Origin: Felis catus
Lineage: Eukaryota
Direction: 5' to 3'
DNA: 64,000 bases
Assembly (NCBI RefSeq): GCF_018350175.1
Contig: NC_058382.1
Location: 50,160,001 to 50,224,000 of the forward strand
Shown: positions 1-13,282 of the stretch, one piece after another
Layout: each line of letters starts with the position of its first letter
How positions within the stretch are numbered: the first letter of the stretch is position 1
Notes under the pieces: generated by a model
Told to the model about the DNA's origin: nothing
The model's database searches: none
Seen by the model: the letters and a program-made list of their open reading frames with translations, nothing else
Position numbers and translations under genes: made by a program

Positions 1-1093
1 CAATTAAATGAGTTCTTTTGCTCCTTACTTTCTGGATAATGGGGCTTATAAATTCTTCATAAAGCACTTTGGATTCTGGAGCTAAAGCTCTAAAGAAGTC
101 TAATGACTAAATAAAATTTAAATGCCATTAGTACTTCACATAATTATCACAAAGTGCCAGAGGGATATTTGGAAAATAAATAAATGGAGTCGGCTCTTTT
201 GTTCTCTTTAAGATTTCTACTGAGATGTTAACAGACAGAAAAACATTAAAAATACTTTATGAAATTTATTTTTGCTTTAATTTTTTAAAATCCCACATTG
301 TTTAGCTCAGGAGGCTGTGACTATAAGCAAGTTTCAGAGTAGTTTATTAGCTTTTAGAATAAGAGTTAGCTTTGTGAATTACCTAATTACACTCAACCTT
401 GGTGCTGTTGATATTTTGCATAATCACTGTAGAACAATGCATGTGTGGCATGTGTGCACTATAGTTTAATTTGGCAGAGTCATTCTTTCTCAATGTCTGG
501 GGAATTTATGGACCATTGTAAAAATAATTGGTATGGAAACTCAAAGTGCTTTTTATCTTAAATAACAATATTTCACTTATACAACATATACAGACAAGGG
601 TCTGGAAAGAGTATAGGCCACTAGTGGTAAAAAAATAAAATGATTATATATCATAAATTCTGTTATCATCAGTGAAAGAGAAGATTGAATGAAATGCTTA
701 CATTTGTTTGAAAGAAGCAGGAATTTGATTCATGTGAAACAAGGGCTATATTTTATTTACTATTTAATTTGTGCAGGAAACTACACATTTTACATATATT
801 ACCTGATTTAAACTCTCAATGCCCTTGTGAGGAGGTGCTCAGTGGAAAATACAGTATATTTTCAACAGCAAATTCTTACTGACCACTTACTCTGTTTCAG
901 TTGTTATGCAGGACACTGGGAATTCACCAGTGGTTAAGACATGCCTTGTTATGTTTTCTGAACTCTCCCAAAAGGTGAGGATCATCCATATATAAATGAA
1001 AAAAAAGTTTGTGATAAGTAGGGAGGATAAGAAGAAACAAAGAAGTATGAGTATTGATTTCTAAGCATAATTCATTTGTGGGTAGGCATTCTT

Positions 1094-1310
1094 TTTTTTT
1101 TTAATTTTTTTTTAGTGTTTATTTATTTTTGAGACAGAGACAGAGCATGAATGGGGGAGGGGCAGAGAGAGGGAGACACAGAATCTGAAACAGGCTCCAG
1201 GCTCTGAGCTGTCAGCACAGAGCCTGACCCGGGGCTCGAACTCGCGGACCGCGAGATCATGACCTGAGCCAAAGTCGGCCGCTTAACCGACTGAGCCATC
1301 CAGGTGCCCC
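1094..1310 (-). mobile_element. Can-SINE (SINEC_Fc-type)
   Basis: Poly-T tail, (GA)n stretch, tRNA-derived head ending caggtgcccc; TSD ggtaggcattctt at 1081-1093 and 1314-1326. Confidence 0.95.
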
Positions 1311-2030
1311 AAAGGTAGGCATTCTTAAAATAGTCACTGTATCACTTTGGCATTGGAAGATTCCCCAAGTTTTAGATTGTAGGACAGGGATGACTCAGAC
1401 CTCATTTACTCTCAGATTCAGTGACTGTTTTCTCTGCACATCTGGGCCAGGCCAGGCATTGTGGTACAGTATGTGGAGTACACAGCCATGCCCAAGTAGA
1501 GGGATCTGAAAGATGATGGCCTGGATGCACTTACTGTCCTCCTTTTCCAGTCAGGATCTACACAGTAAAACAGACCCTGGAGGTTGTGTTTCTGGAGGTG
1601 ATATTTCCCGAGATGTCTCTGAAAGAGGGCAGGTTCAGGGGACTTAATTATCTGGAATGATGGCCCAAGCCTCTCCTCAGCCAGCAGTTGGGGGCAGACC
1701 TCATAAAAGAGCTGTTCACTTCTTCTAGCCTGTGGTCCTTAGATGGGCTTTCTTGTTGTTTAAATCTGCACAGAGCTGGAGAGCAACTGGCCTGAGGGGC
1801 TGAATTAAATCTTCCCTTGTCTGGAAGCCATCTGTGTCCTAACAGCTTCAGGTAGTTTTTCTGTCTGTCATCCCCACAGGGCAGCAGCTTGATGCTCTGA
1901 CTCTGGCAGGGACTGTTTAGTTGTTCACTGCCCACTGGTTGGCCAGTGGCTTAGAGACCCTTGCAGCCTAGGTAGAGAGTGTAGGAATTACAACCATGGC
2001 CATTCAGGAGTCACTGTCATTCTTGAAAGA

Positions 2031-2194
2031 CAGTGGATCTCAGTCCTTGGATCACACTAGAACTTCTAAAAGTACCTGTGCCTGCATCCTGTGCAGAGCA
2101 TGAAATCAGATAGTTGGGGCTGTGGCCCATGTATCAGTATATCTTACAATTTTCTCATGGTTTCTAAATGTATGGCCAAAGTTGCAAATGACTA
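2031..2194. mobile_element. MER5A1-like hAT-Charlie relic
   Basis: Starts cagtggatctca, contains aaatcagat...ggggctgtggccc...atcagtat, ends ggccaaagttgcaaatgacta; resembles the MER5A1 consensus as recalled. Confidence 0.6.
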
Positions 2195-2671
2195 ATTTAA
2201 TATGACTGAGGATGAACACATGTAGTTAAAAGAGGTGATTAATTTTGAGGGAAAACCAGTGGCTAAATAGCATGGAACAATGGCACAGAAAAAAAAAATC
2301 AAACTTTCGAGTAGATGAAATGGGGCAACAAAAACAGAACTACTTTCTGAACTTGGATTTCACAGTTCAGTAAGAGAATTCAACCAGTTACCGGCCCAGT
2401 TACTGTCTCAGAAAACCAAATGGCATAAGTAACTTACAAGATAGACAAATGAAAAGACATGAAAAGCAGAAGTGAAAGATAGTTGACTGATGACTAAGTG
2501 GGAAAAAGAATAAATGGAGGATAGATAATAATGAAAGAAATAATAGAACCTTTTCATGGGTAAAGAATGACTTAAAGGCTCAGTGGCTTCCAAATAGCAT
2601 TGAAATTAAGGCCCAAATATCAGGGAGCAAATTAACAACATGTAATTGATTATTTAGTTGAAGGTCAGAAC

Positions 2672-2705
2672 ATATATATATATAGGCCTATATATATATA
2701 AAGGC

Positions 2706-2782
<77 letters not shown>
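2672..2782. repeat. Compound (TA)n/(TG)n microsatellite
   Basis: Direct reading. Confidence 0.97.
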
Positions 2783-2784
<2 letters not shown>

Positions 2785-4547
2785 CCAAGGGATCATTCTT
2801 CTCTTAGAAAAAAAATTTTTTTTGAGAATATAAGATGGAATTGGTATGCCACCCATCTATCCTATGTAAGAACTTTTGCAACTATAATACAAAAGGGTTG
2901 AAGCCTCTAAAAGGGTGAGGATAATATAACAGGAATATATGATAAGGGTGGTTGGCCTAGTGAAGACAGACTTGGTGTGAAAGCATTCCAATAATTTGAT
3001 TTGGGCCAGGGAAATACAATGGGTAAGTAAACTATCTTGGTTGGTAGCAAGACTACTTAATTTAGGGTCATCAGTAGAGAAATGTAGGTTTCATTATAAC
3101 TCTTAGGAATGGATATATAAACAGTTACGATATCAAAGTGTGGTTATATTTCCAAAGGAATATGCCATCCAGGCATATGGGTGGTGGGTGTGAGGAATAA
3201 TATGAAAAAAAAATGAACTTCCAAGAAAGAGTAAAAATGAGAACAAACACAACCGTGATAAATAGATCAAATGAAATTGAAGTATAAGAATAAAACCACC
3301 TTATAAATTACCACATTACATAAAAAACAGAATTTCCATTACACAAGTCTGAGACTCTCATAGGTGGTTAAAATGCAAAGTGCACAAAAAGAGAATAGCT
3401 CTTGGTGACAACTAAGATAGTATTACTTACATGTGCCAAACCTAGGACAAACCTGTAAGAAATAAGAATGACTTGAACCAAGTAAAGTTATAGTAGTGGG
3501 TTTTTATATAACTTGTTACAAAAATGTTAGTGATAAATTCGATAAGAAAGCCAGACTACTGTGCATTTTACTTATGTAATTAAAAGCTCAAAGCAATATG
3601 TACTAAAGAAATATTTTAGGTCATGTGCGAAGAGCAAGTATTACTTTTTGGTTCACAGGCATGTACAATTATCAACAAATGAATAAGACCATAACATATT
3701 AAAAATTTAGAGATTTTGCAAGTCACGTTTCTTATTATGGCCAGTAAAAGTAGAAACCAACCATACAATTATTACAAAGTCTTGTAATTTAAAAAAACAA
3801 ACCCTCAATTAAAAAAATACCACAAGATAGATAAACAAAACATGAGTAGATCAGCTTACATTATGGCTTATATGACATAGTCCTTGCTTTATTTGGAGAA
3901 AATAATAATTATTATTATTAAATGAAAGCCTCATAATAAATATAAACTATTGAATTTGAGAAACTAGGAAAAGCATAACAATATAAGGAATGAAGCTAGC
4001 AATAATTAGTGATGTAAAAGATAAAGAAATAGAAAAGTATATTATAAAAAAATTAAATATACCCCAAAATATGGGCCTTTAGAAAAAGCAAGTGGAAAAT
4101 AAGAAAAGATAAATACATGTAATAATTTAAAAAGGACAGTTGACAATACCGTAGACACTGAAAAAATAATTTATAGAGTATTACTTGTATTTTTTCTGAG
4201 GATCATACTCTTGATAACTAGTTTCTTGCTTGTTTTAATATTCTGGGCATATTTGTTTTAGCACTTGACTTTCTTGTTTTGCACACTGTTGATACTTCAT
4301 TTAGGTTTGACAACTTTCTTCATAGTGGTATGCTACTCACAGTATGTTACACCACTTTGATCTTTTGATCTAGTACTGATTTTTAGCTATAGAATAGGGT
4401 TGTTTATCATGAACTAGAATCAATTCGAGGTTGATATTTCAAGGAGGAATTTACCCTTACTTTCAACTTACTTGTTTGTTTTCCTGAGCCAAGAGACTTT
4501 CTGTGACTTCTTTTACACCAGGTAGGCACAAGAAGGGTGCTCTCGGG

Positions 4548-4688
4548 TAGAGAGAGAGAGAATCACAAGCAGGCTCCACACTGCCAGTGCAGAGTCTGAT
4601 GTGGGCTTTGAACCCACAAACTGTGAGATCATGACCTGAGCCAAAACCAAGATTGGACACTTGACCATCTGAGCCACCTCAGTGCCCC
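4548..4688 (-). mobile_element. Older Can-SINE, tail missing
   Basis: gagagaatcacaagcaggctcc...gagatcatgacctgagcc...tgagccacctcagtgcccc. Confidence 0.9.
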
Positions 4689-7394
4689 AATATGCTGTCT
4701 TGTTTTGAAAATGTATAATATTATTGTAGTTATTAAAAATCCAGATGAACTAAATTTGGAAAAGAAAAGGGCACTCTGTTCTTTAATGACAACTTTATTC
4801 CCCAAACTCAGCATTGTGGGGTGGTTCAATATCAAGTTTTTAGATGATTGCCATCATTGAACTCCTTGCATTGAGCTGGTTGAAATGTGTTTTTCTTTTT
4901 TTTATAATAGGAATAAATGTCATTATGCTATTGTATTATCCACGAAAATGCATTAAAGGATCTTCAATTTAGTTATTGAAACTTTAACAACAACTGCATA
5001 TAAATATACTCCCTCTTCAGTATAAAAATCAGTGTTTCAACATTGAGGCTCTTGGGAAGTGATGGGAAATGGTGGTGGTAACTCCTGGTAGGGCATGACT
5101 TTAACATAGAAGGTCTCTAGAGTCAGAGACTTTGAATTAAACTGAGTGAAACAACTACTGATAAAAATGCCCAATATTAGGTATTTTCATTTAAAAATGG
5201 CCATTTTGGTATATAGGAAATTTCCCCCCATTTTTTCTCTAGATTTTCCACTTACTACAACTATCTAGGCCTCCAACACTGGAACAAGACCCTTTGGTTT
5301 AAATAGGTACAAATGTCCTTTATTTGCTTGTCCACATACAGCTTTATATGCACTCCCAAAGCAAGCTTTAATAGATGCTTTGGCTTGTTGATGAACAAGA
5401 AAATGTCTGGTGGATTTTAATTCACTGTTTCTGCTATTCAAGGTAGAACCCAAATTTTCTTTAAAACAGAGAAATAAGGTCATGGATTTTAATACTACTT
5501 GTACTGTGCAAGACATATGTCCACTGGATCTTACGTTGTGTTTTTTATTTTTCTATTCCTCCAAAGAATGACATTAAAACAGCTAAGGTAAAATGAGTAA
5601 GTGATAGGGTGTATGATTTTAGTTTATATGCTGTTGTAGTATTCTAAGTTAAATTATGTTTGAATTTTGTATTACAGTCTGTACGTTTATTCTTACATGT
5701 GTACAGAGAGACAAGATATTTTTTTCTATTGAAATCCTTGAATTTGTAACTTAAACCTTGAATTATGGCAGATAAAATGATCTGAATTGCTATAATGCAC
5801 TTATCACAAAGTTCCATTTCTCTATGTAGTAGGATCAAGAGGATGCAAAATGATATTTATTATTTACGAGATGATGTATCAAGCAAGAAAAACATATAAA
5901 CCAACACATATATTTTCAGGTGTTTAAATGAAAAATAAATACTGAGATGAAATGTTTGATGGTCCAAGAAGCAATTTATAATGAGTATATGATAATATCA
6001 CAGATTCGACTCCTACTTTACATCACCAAAGTCCGCATAGCTTGATCTTAAATTCTGTGGAAAGGTTTGTAACTCTTTAAGCGGTCCTTGTCTCATCTTG
6101 ATCCTTCCCTAGGAAAGGGAATTAAGTTGTTCAATATCTTTATAAAATTGTCATACATTTCTGTATTTTTCTTTCAAAGCAATAGCAGTGATAGTTTATA
6201 GCATGCTTTCATGTACACATAATCCTGAGGATTATTGTTCTGATTTAATGACTTGATAAGAACATACATCTATCCAGTAACAGAGCTGGAAACTTTGAGG
6301 AACTGCTTTGGGATTTAGGATGCAAACATGTATCATTTCATATTTTCATGAGTAAAATAGATAAGCTGTCACAAGAGTGCTATGTGCACATGAGAATGTT
6401 ATTTCTATCAGGCCCCTGTAGCTTCACTTCCTTTCATACCTGGCTCCAACATGTTCTTCAGTTCAACTGCAGTTCTTAGAAATATTGTTCACTTTTTTGA
6501 TCTTACTGTCCTTTTACCATGTTTGCCTGGCAAAATCCCAGCGATGCTTCAGTCTGATTGTCCTTCTTACTTAAACCTACAACTAAGGTTGCCCAATGCT
6601 GCTAGTCAGATATTAATATCTATCATTTAATAATCTCTATCCTTTGCAAGGGTGAAGATTTGTATCACGGATATATCACGGATGACCTTTCTTTCTTCCC
6701 TGACTGTAATATCCCCTCATAACTTCTTGTTTTTCAACATTTGATATCAGCATGACAGGAACATAGGAATATATCTTATTTTAAACTTATGACACATCTT
6801 TAATCTAAAGTGGAGGTAATAATTTGAAAAGTACATGCTTTCAAAAAGTGCAAGATAGAAATAAAAATACTATGTAAAGTTTCTATCACCAACTAAATTG
6901 ACAAATGAAATAGTTCCACAGACTATGGCCCTGAACATTATTGCCTAGGGAAATATTCTAAAGTGCCAGATGTTTCATTACTTGGGTATATTTTTATAAA
7001 ATGGAAATTCATTGATTGCCTTCAGATGGAAATTAGAAAATCAAGTATTTAAAATCATCTCATCAATTTATTTTACCTGATGTTTTTAAGCATAGATATG
7101 TGTGTGTGTATACCCCCCCACAGTCATCTATTTAAATGTAAATACATATGTATATATGTATGGTTTTGCTAAACTCATGTAATAAATTTTACTATTATTG
7201 TAATATTTTTATAAACATGTTTTGAATTTTTTTGGAAATACCTGCCATAAATGTACATGTTGAATGTTGTACAGGTAGTGTGTTTATAGAAAATGAGATT
7301 ATTAATCTGCATTTCTTTTAAAAATAGTGTAAATGTGTTTATCACAACTGTGAGGTATCAAAGGTCAGGTGACTAAAACTCTTGTGTAGATTCA

Positions 7395-8160
7395 CAGCAT
7401 CACTGGTAATTACCTTTACCATTGCTCTTTATTTTTTCATACGGATTTGAGTTACTGTCTACTGTCCTTGGATTTCAGTTGGAAGAACTCCTTTAGTATT
7501 TCTTTAAAAAAATTTTTTTTAATGTTTATTTATTTTTGAAGGAGAGACAGAGCGTGAGCAGGGGAGGGGCAGAGAGAGAGGGAGACATAGAATCCAAATC
7601 AGGCTCCAGGGTCTGAGCTGTCAGCACAGAGCCTGATGCAGGGCTTGAACCCACGTACCGTCAGATCATGGCCTGAGCTGAAGTCGGATGCTCAACTGAC
7701 TGAGCCACTCAGGCGCCCCATCCTTTGGTATTTCTTACGGGACAGATCTGTTAGCAGTGAACTCTTTCGGTTTTGTTTATCAGGGAATACGTTTTATTTT
7801 ATAACACTGTCTAAGCTTTGCCGCTTGTTGGTGCATAGCCTCCAGGTTAATTAGAAGTGAGTACATAGGATAGTCTCAGGTCTTTTCTGAGCATGTGCAC
7901 AGTCCGAAACGTGCACATAGCTCTATGTATGTGCCTTTTAGATTGCTAGGAATATGTTATAGTTTTTCAACCCCTTCTGTGGACGTCTAATTCCTCACTT
8001 TTCCTTTTAAACTTAATGATTAGCCTATTGTTTGTTTGAACTGTTACCCACTACCTCAGGCGTGTATGTTGTTACACAATTGCCTCTAATTGTTCTTGAC
8101 AAATCTTTCCACTCCCAATACTTGATTTTAAAAAGTTTATTTGTACTGAGTGAATTTTGA
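7395..8160 (-). mobile_element. Ancient L1M fragment (ORF1/5' region); probably continues at about 10693-11090
   Basis: Antisense L1M-like motifs such as gaactcctttagtatttct...ctgttagcagtgaactctttcggttttgtttatcagggaat; downstream part gttctgaaatgttgattctgacc. Confidence 0.5.
7505..7719 (-). mobile_element. Can-SINE
   Basis: Full SINE structure; TSD tccttt(a/g)gtatttctt at 7489-7504 and 7721-7736. Confidence 0.95.
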
Positions 8161-8492
8161 GTCCGTGCTTATAGACTGAATGTCTGTGTCCTCCACCTCC
8201 CTCAAATTCGTATGTTGTAACCTAATCTCCAATGTGATGGTATTTGGAGATGGGGTCTTTGGGAGATGATAAGGACACGAGGGAGGATCCCTCATGAGTA
8301 GGATTAGTGACCTTATAAAAGAGACTCCAGAGAGCTCCCTCACTCCTTCTGCTGTGTAGAAGACTGCCATCTGTTAACCAGGAGGAGGGCTCTCAGCAGA
8401 CACTGAATCTACTGGTGCCTTGCTTTTGGACTTCCTATCCTCTAGAACTCTTTGAAATAAATGTTGGTTGTTTAAGCCACCCAGTCTATGGC

Positions 8493-10654
8493 TTTTCTTT
8501 TCTTTTTTTTTTTTTTTGAGAGGTTAGGGGAGGGGTGGAGGGAGAAGGAGAAAGAGAATCTTCTTTTTTTTTTTTAATATATGACACTTATTGTCAAATT
8601 GGTTTCCATACAACACCCAGTGCTCATCCCAAAAGATGCTCTCTTCAATACCCATCACCCACCCTCCCCTCCCTCCCACCCCCCATCAGCCCTCAGTTTG
8701 TTCTCAGTTTTTAAGAGTCTCTTATGCTTTGGCTCTCTCCCACTCTAACCTCTCTCTTTTTTTTTTTCCCTTTCCCTCCCCCATGGGTTCCTGTTAAGTT
8801 TCTCAGGATCCACATAAGAGTGAAAACATATGGTATCTGTCTTTCTCTGTATGGCTTATTTCACTTAGCATCACACTCCAGTTCCATCTACGTTGCTACA
8901 AATGGCCATATTTCATTCTTTTTCATTGCCACGTAGTACTCCATTGTGTATATAAACCACAATTTCTTTATCCATTCATCAGTTGATGGACATTTAGGCT
9001 CTTTCCATAATTTGGCTATTGTTGAGAGTGCTGCTATAAACATTGGGGTCCAAGTGCCCCTATGCATCAGTACTCCTGTATCCCTTGGGTAAATTCTTAG
9101 CAGTGCTACTGCTGGGTCATAGGGTAGGTCTATTTTTAATTTTTTGAGGAACCTCCACACTGTTTTCCAGAGTGGCTGCACCAGTTTGCATTCCCACCAA
9201 CAGTGCAAGAGGGTTCCCGTTTCTCCACATCCTCTCCAGCATCTATAGTCTCCTGATTTGTTCATTTTGGCCACTCTGACTGGCGTGAGGTGATATCTCA
9301 GTGTGGTTTTGGTTTGTATTTTTCCTGATAAAGAGCAATGTTGAGCATCTTTTCATGTGCCTGTTGGCCATCTGGATGTCTTCTTTAGAGAAATGTCTAT
9401 TCATGTTTTCTGCCCATTTCTTCACTGGATTATTTGTTTTTCGGGTGTGGAGTTTGGTGAGCTCTTTATAGATTTTGGATACTAGCCCTTTGTCTGATAT
9501 GTCATTTGCAAATATCTTTTCCCATTCCGTGGGTTGCCTTTTAGTTTTGTTGATTGTTTCCTTTGCAGTGCAGAAGCTTTTTATCTTCATGAGGTCCCAA
9601 TAGTTCATTTTTTGCTTTTAATTCCCTTGCCTTTGGGGATGTGTCAAGTAAGAAATTCTACAGCTGAGGTCAGAGAGGTGTTTTCTTGCTTTCTCCTCTA
9701 GGGTTTTGATGGTTTCCTGTCTCACATTCAGGTCCTTTATCCATTTTGAGTTTATTTTTGTGAATGGTGTGAGAAAGTGGTCTAGTTTCATCCTTCTGCA
9801 TGTTGCTGTCCAGTTATGCCAACACCATTTGTTAAAGAGACTGTCTTTTTTTCCATTGGATATACTTTCCTGCTTTGTCAAAGATTGGTTGGCCATACTT
9901 TTGTGGGTCTAGTTTTGGGGTTTCTATTCTATTCCATTGGTCTATGTGTCTTTTTGTGTCAATACCATGCTGTCTTGATGATTACAGGTTTGTAGTAGAG
10001 GCTAAATTCTGGGATTGTGATGCCGCCTCCTTTGGTCTTCTTCAAAATTACTTTGGCTATTCGGGGCCTTTTGTGGTTCCATATGAATTTTAGGATTGCT
10101 TGTTCTAGCTTCGAGAAGAATGCTGGTGCAATTTTGATTGGGACTGCATTGAATGTGTAGGTAGCTTTGGGTAGTACTGACATTTTGACAATATTTATTC
10201 TTCGAACCCGTGAGCATGGAATGTTTTTCCATTTCTTTATATCTTCAATTTCCTTCATAAGCTTTCTATAGTTTTCAGCATACAGATCTTTTACATCTTT
10301 GATAGATTTATTCCTAGGTATTTTATGCTTCTTGGTGCAATTGTCAATGGGATCAATTTCTTTATTTGTCTTTCTGTTGCTTCATTATTAGTGTGTAAGA
10401 ATGCAACTGATTTCTGTACATTGATTTTGTATCCTGCGACTTTGCTGAATTCACGTATCAGTTCTAGCAGACTTTTGGTGGAGTCTGTCGGATTTTCCAT
10501 GTGTAATATCATGTCATCTGCAAAAAGGAGAGAGAGAATCTTGAGCAGGTTCCACTCCCAACTTCAAGTCCAGGGCTCAATCTCAGGACTGTGAGATGAT
10601 GACCTGAGCTGAAGTCGAGTCGGATGCTTAATAGACTGAGCTCCCAGGCACCCC
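8493..10654 (-). mobile_element. Can-SINE split by an L1 (pieces 8493-8562 and 10525-10654)
   Basis: Poly-T and GA-rich part on the left; head ...gagatgatgacctgagctgaagtc...ctcccaggcacccc on the right. Confidence 0.85.
8563..10524 (-). mobile_element. 5'-truncated felid L1 (L1_Fc-type): ORF2 C-terminus plus 3'UTR
   Basis: ORF2 peptides ([41 protein letters not shown]), felid 3'UTR, poly-T; TSD aaggag(a)(a/g)agagaatctt at 8545-8562 and 10525-10542. Confidence 0.97.
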
Positions 10655-11093
10655 AGTGTCATTTTTGTTATAGCAGCTGAATGGACTAAGTTAAAAGAAA
10701 GACTAGCTTTGCAAGTGGAATCTTCCAGGGAACTACTAAACTGGTTAAATAATGAAAATTCTCTTGAATGGGGCTTTAAAAGAGCTCTAATCCTGTTTTT
10801 CTTCCTTCATTGCTGCCAAACTGTTGATTTTCATGTGATTGCGAATCTGTTGTTTTCAAGGCTATCACCGAACTGGCATGGGGTGAATGGGAATAGAGCA
10901 AGTTAAAAAAAATGCCATGAAACTGTTCTTTCTGAGATTTAGCAATTATTCTTGAATTAAACACTCTCCAGGTTGCTGCAAATCATAAAGTCAGTTCAAG
11001 TTCTGAAATGTTGATTCTGACCATTACATACACACACACAATCTTTCCTCATGTCTTTTATGGAAGGTTTCGATGGTTTTTACTTAGTCATTT

Positions 11094-11112
11094 AAAAAAA
11101 ATTTAATGTTTA

Positions 11113-11164
<52 letters not shown>

Positions 11165-11327
11165 AGAATGATTGGGGGAGGGGCAGAGAGAGAGAGAGAA
11201 TCCAAAACAGGCTCCAGGCTCTGAGCTGTCAGCACAAAGCCCAGTGTGGGGCTCGAACACGCAAACCATGAGATCATTTCCTGAGCCAAAGTCAGATGCT
11301 CAACTGACTGAGCCACCTAGGTGCCCC
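11094..11327 (-). mobile_element. Can-SINE with long (GA)n
   Basis: SINE structure; TSD tttactt(a/t)gtcattt at 11079-11093 and 11328-11342. Confidence 0.95.
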
Positions 11328-11404
11328 TTTACTTTGTCATTTTTATTAATATCACCTATTCATTACCTATTTGATTATTTTGACCAATAACAATATCAAA
11401 ACTG

Positions 11405-12818
11405 TGGCATAAAAACATACTCAGACCAGTGGAGCAGAATAGAGAACCCAGAAATGGACCCACAAACGTATGGCCAACTCATCTTTGACAAAGCAGGAAA
11501 GAATATCCAAAGGAAAAAAGACAGTCTCTTCAGCAAACGGTGTTGGGGAAAATTTCACAGTGACATGCAGAAAAAGGAACCTGGACCACTTTCTTACGCC
11601 ATACACAAAATAAAATGGGTGAAAGACCTCAGTGTAAGACAGGAAGCCATCAAAATCCTCGAGGAGAAAGCAAGCAAAACCCTCTTTGACCTTGGCCGCA
11701 GCAACTTCTTACTCAACACGTCTCTGGAGACAAGGGAAACAAAAGCAAAAATGAACTACTGGGACCCCATCAAAATAAAAAGCTTCTGCACAGCAAAGGA
11801 AACAATCAGCAAAACTAAAAGGCAACCGATGGGATGGGAGAAGATATTTGCAAATGCCATATCAGATAAAGGGTTAGTATCCAAAATCTATAAAGAACTT
11901 CTCAATCTCAACACCCAAAAAAACAAATAATCCAGTGAAGAAATGGGCAAAAGACACGAATAGACACTTATCCAAAGAAGACATCCAGATGGCCAACCGA
12001 CACATGAGAAGATGCTCAGCATCACTCATCATCAGGGAAATACAAATCAAAACCACAATGACATACCCCCTCCCACCTGTCAGAATGGCTTACATTAGCA
12101 ACTCAGGCAACAACAGACGTTGGCGAGGATGCGGACAAAGAGGATCTCTTTTGCATTGCTGGTGCAAATGCAAGCTGGTGCGGCCACTCTGGAAAACGCT
12201 ATGGAGGTTCCTCAAAAAATTAAAAATAGAACTACCCTACGACCCAGCAATTGCACTACCAGGCATTTATCCGAGGGATACAGGTGTGCTGTTTCGAAGG
12301 GACACATGCACCCCCATGTTTATAGCAGCATTATCAACAACAGCCAAAGTATGGAAAGAGCCCAAATGTCCATCGATGTATGAACGAATAAAGAAGATGT
12401 GGTATATATATATATATACAATGGAGTATTACTCGGCAATCAAAAAAGAATGAAATCTTGCCATTTGCAACAACGTGAATGGAACTGGAAGGTATTATGC
12501 TAAGTGAACTTAGTCAGATAAAGACAAATATCATATGACTTCACTCATATGCGGACTTTAAGAGACAAAACAGATGAACATAAGGGAAGGGAAACAAAAT
12601 AATTTAAAAACAGAGACGGGGCAAAACAGAAGAGACATATAAATATGGAGAACAAACTGAGGGTTGCTGGAGGGGTTGTGGGAGGGGTGTGGGCTAAATG
12701 GGTCAGGGGCACTAAGGAATCTACTCCTGATATCATTGTTGCACTCTATGCTAACTAATTTGGATGTAAATTTTTAAAAATAAAAAATAAAACAAGTTAA
12801 CAAAAAAATGAAAAGGAA
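11405..12818 (+). mobile_element. 5'-truncated L1 (copy A): ORF2 C-terminus, 3'UTR, A-rich tail
   Basis: ORFs 11454-11930 and 11935-12453 are L1 ORF2 (MDPQTYGQLIFDKAG..., [11 protein letters not shown]...). Confidence 0.97.
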
Positions 12819-13072
12819 AAGAAATGAGTCCTTTCAACACTAAAGCCAGTGATACAATGATTCTCCTTTCTCCTTTCCACTAGGAATCTTGAGGTCTCCC
12901 TACTTTGCTTCTTGTTTTCTTAATGATTCATCAAATTCTATTTCCTTAGTTTATCCACTCTTCTGTCTGTCCTCCTGTCATTTATATGACAGCTCTCTAC
13001 TCTCAGCCTTCTCTTATTCTCTTCCTTGTTCTCAATTCACCTATCCTGTATCTGCCTTTTCTTCTTTAAATT

Positions 13073-13282
13073 TCTTTTTTAACATTTATTTATTTTTGAG
13101 ACAGAGAGAGACAGAGCATGAACGGGGAGGGTCAGAGAGAGAGGGAGACACAGAATCTGAAACAGGCTCCAGGCTCTGAGCAGTCAGCACAGGGCCCGAT
13201 GCGGGGCTCGAACTCACATACCGCGAGATCGTGACCTGAGCCGAAGTCGGACGCTTAACCGACTGAGCCACCCAGGCGCCCC
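13073..13282 (-). mobile_element. Young Can-SINE
   Basis: CpGs retained; perfect 20-bp TSD tgccttttcttctttaaatt at 13053-13072 and 13284-13303. Confidence 0.97.

Larger units (their letters stand above)
8166..10692 (+). mobile_element. MLT1A-like MaLR solo LTR, split into 8166-8492 and 10655-10692 by later insertions
   Basis: tgcttatagactgaatg...ggattagtgaccttataaaagagac...aataaatgttggttgtttaagccacccagtctatgg, resuming tttgttatagcagctgaatggactaag. Confidence 0.85.

Noticed and set aside
1648..1935. 95-aa ORF in a GC-richer patch
   Set aside because: Non-ATG start and no recognisable homology; it may be an old LTR relic, but I cannot support a call.
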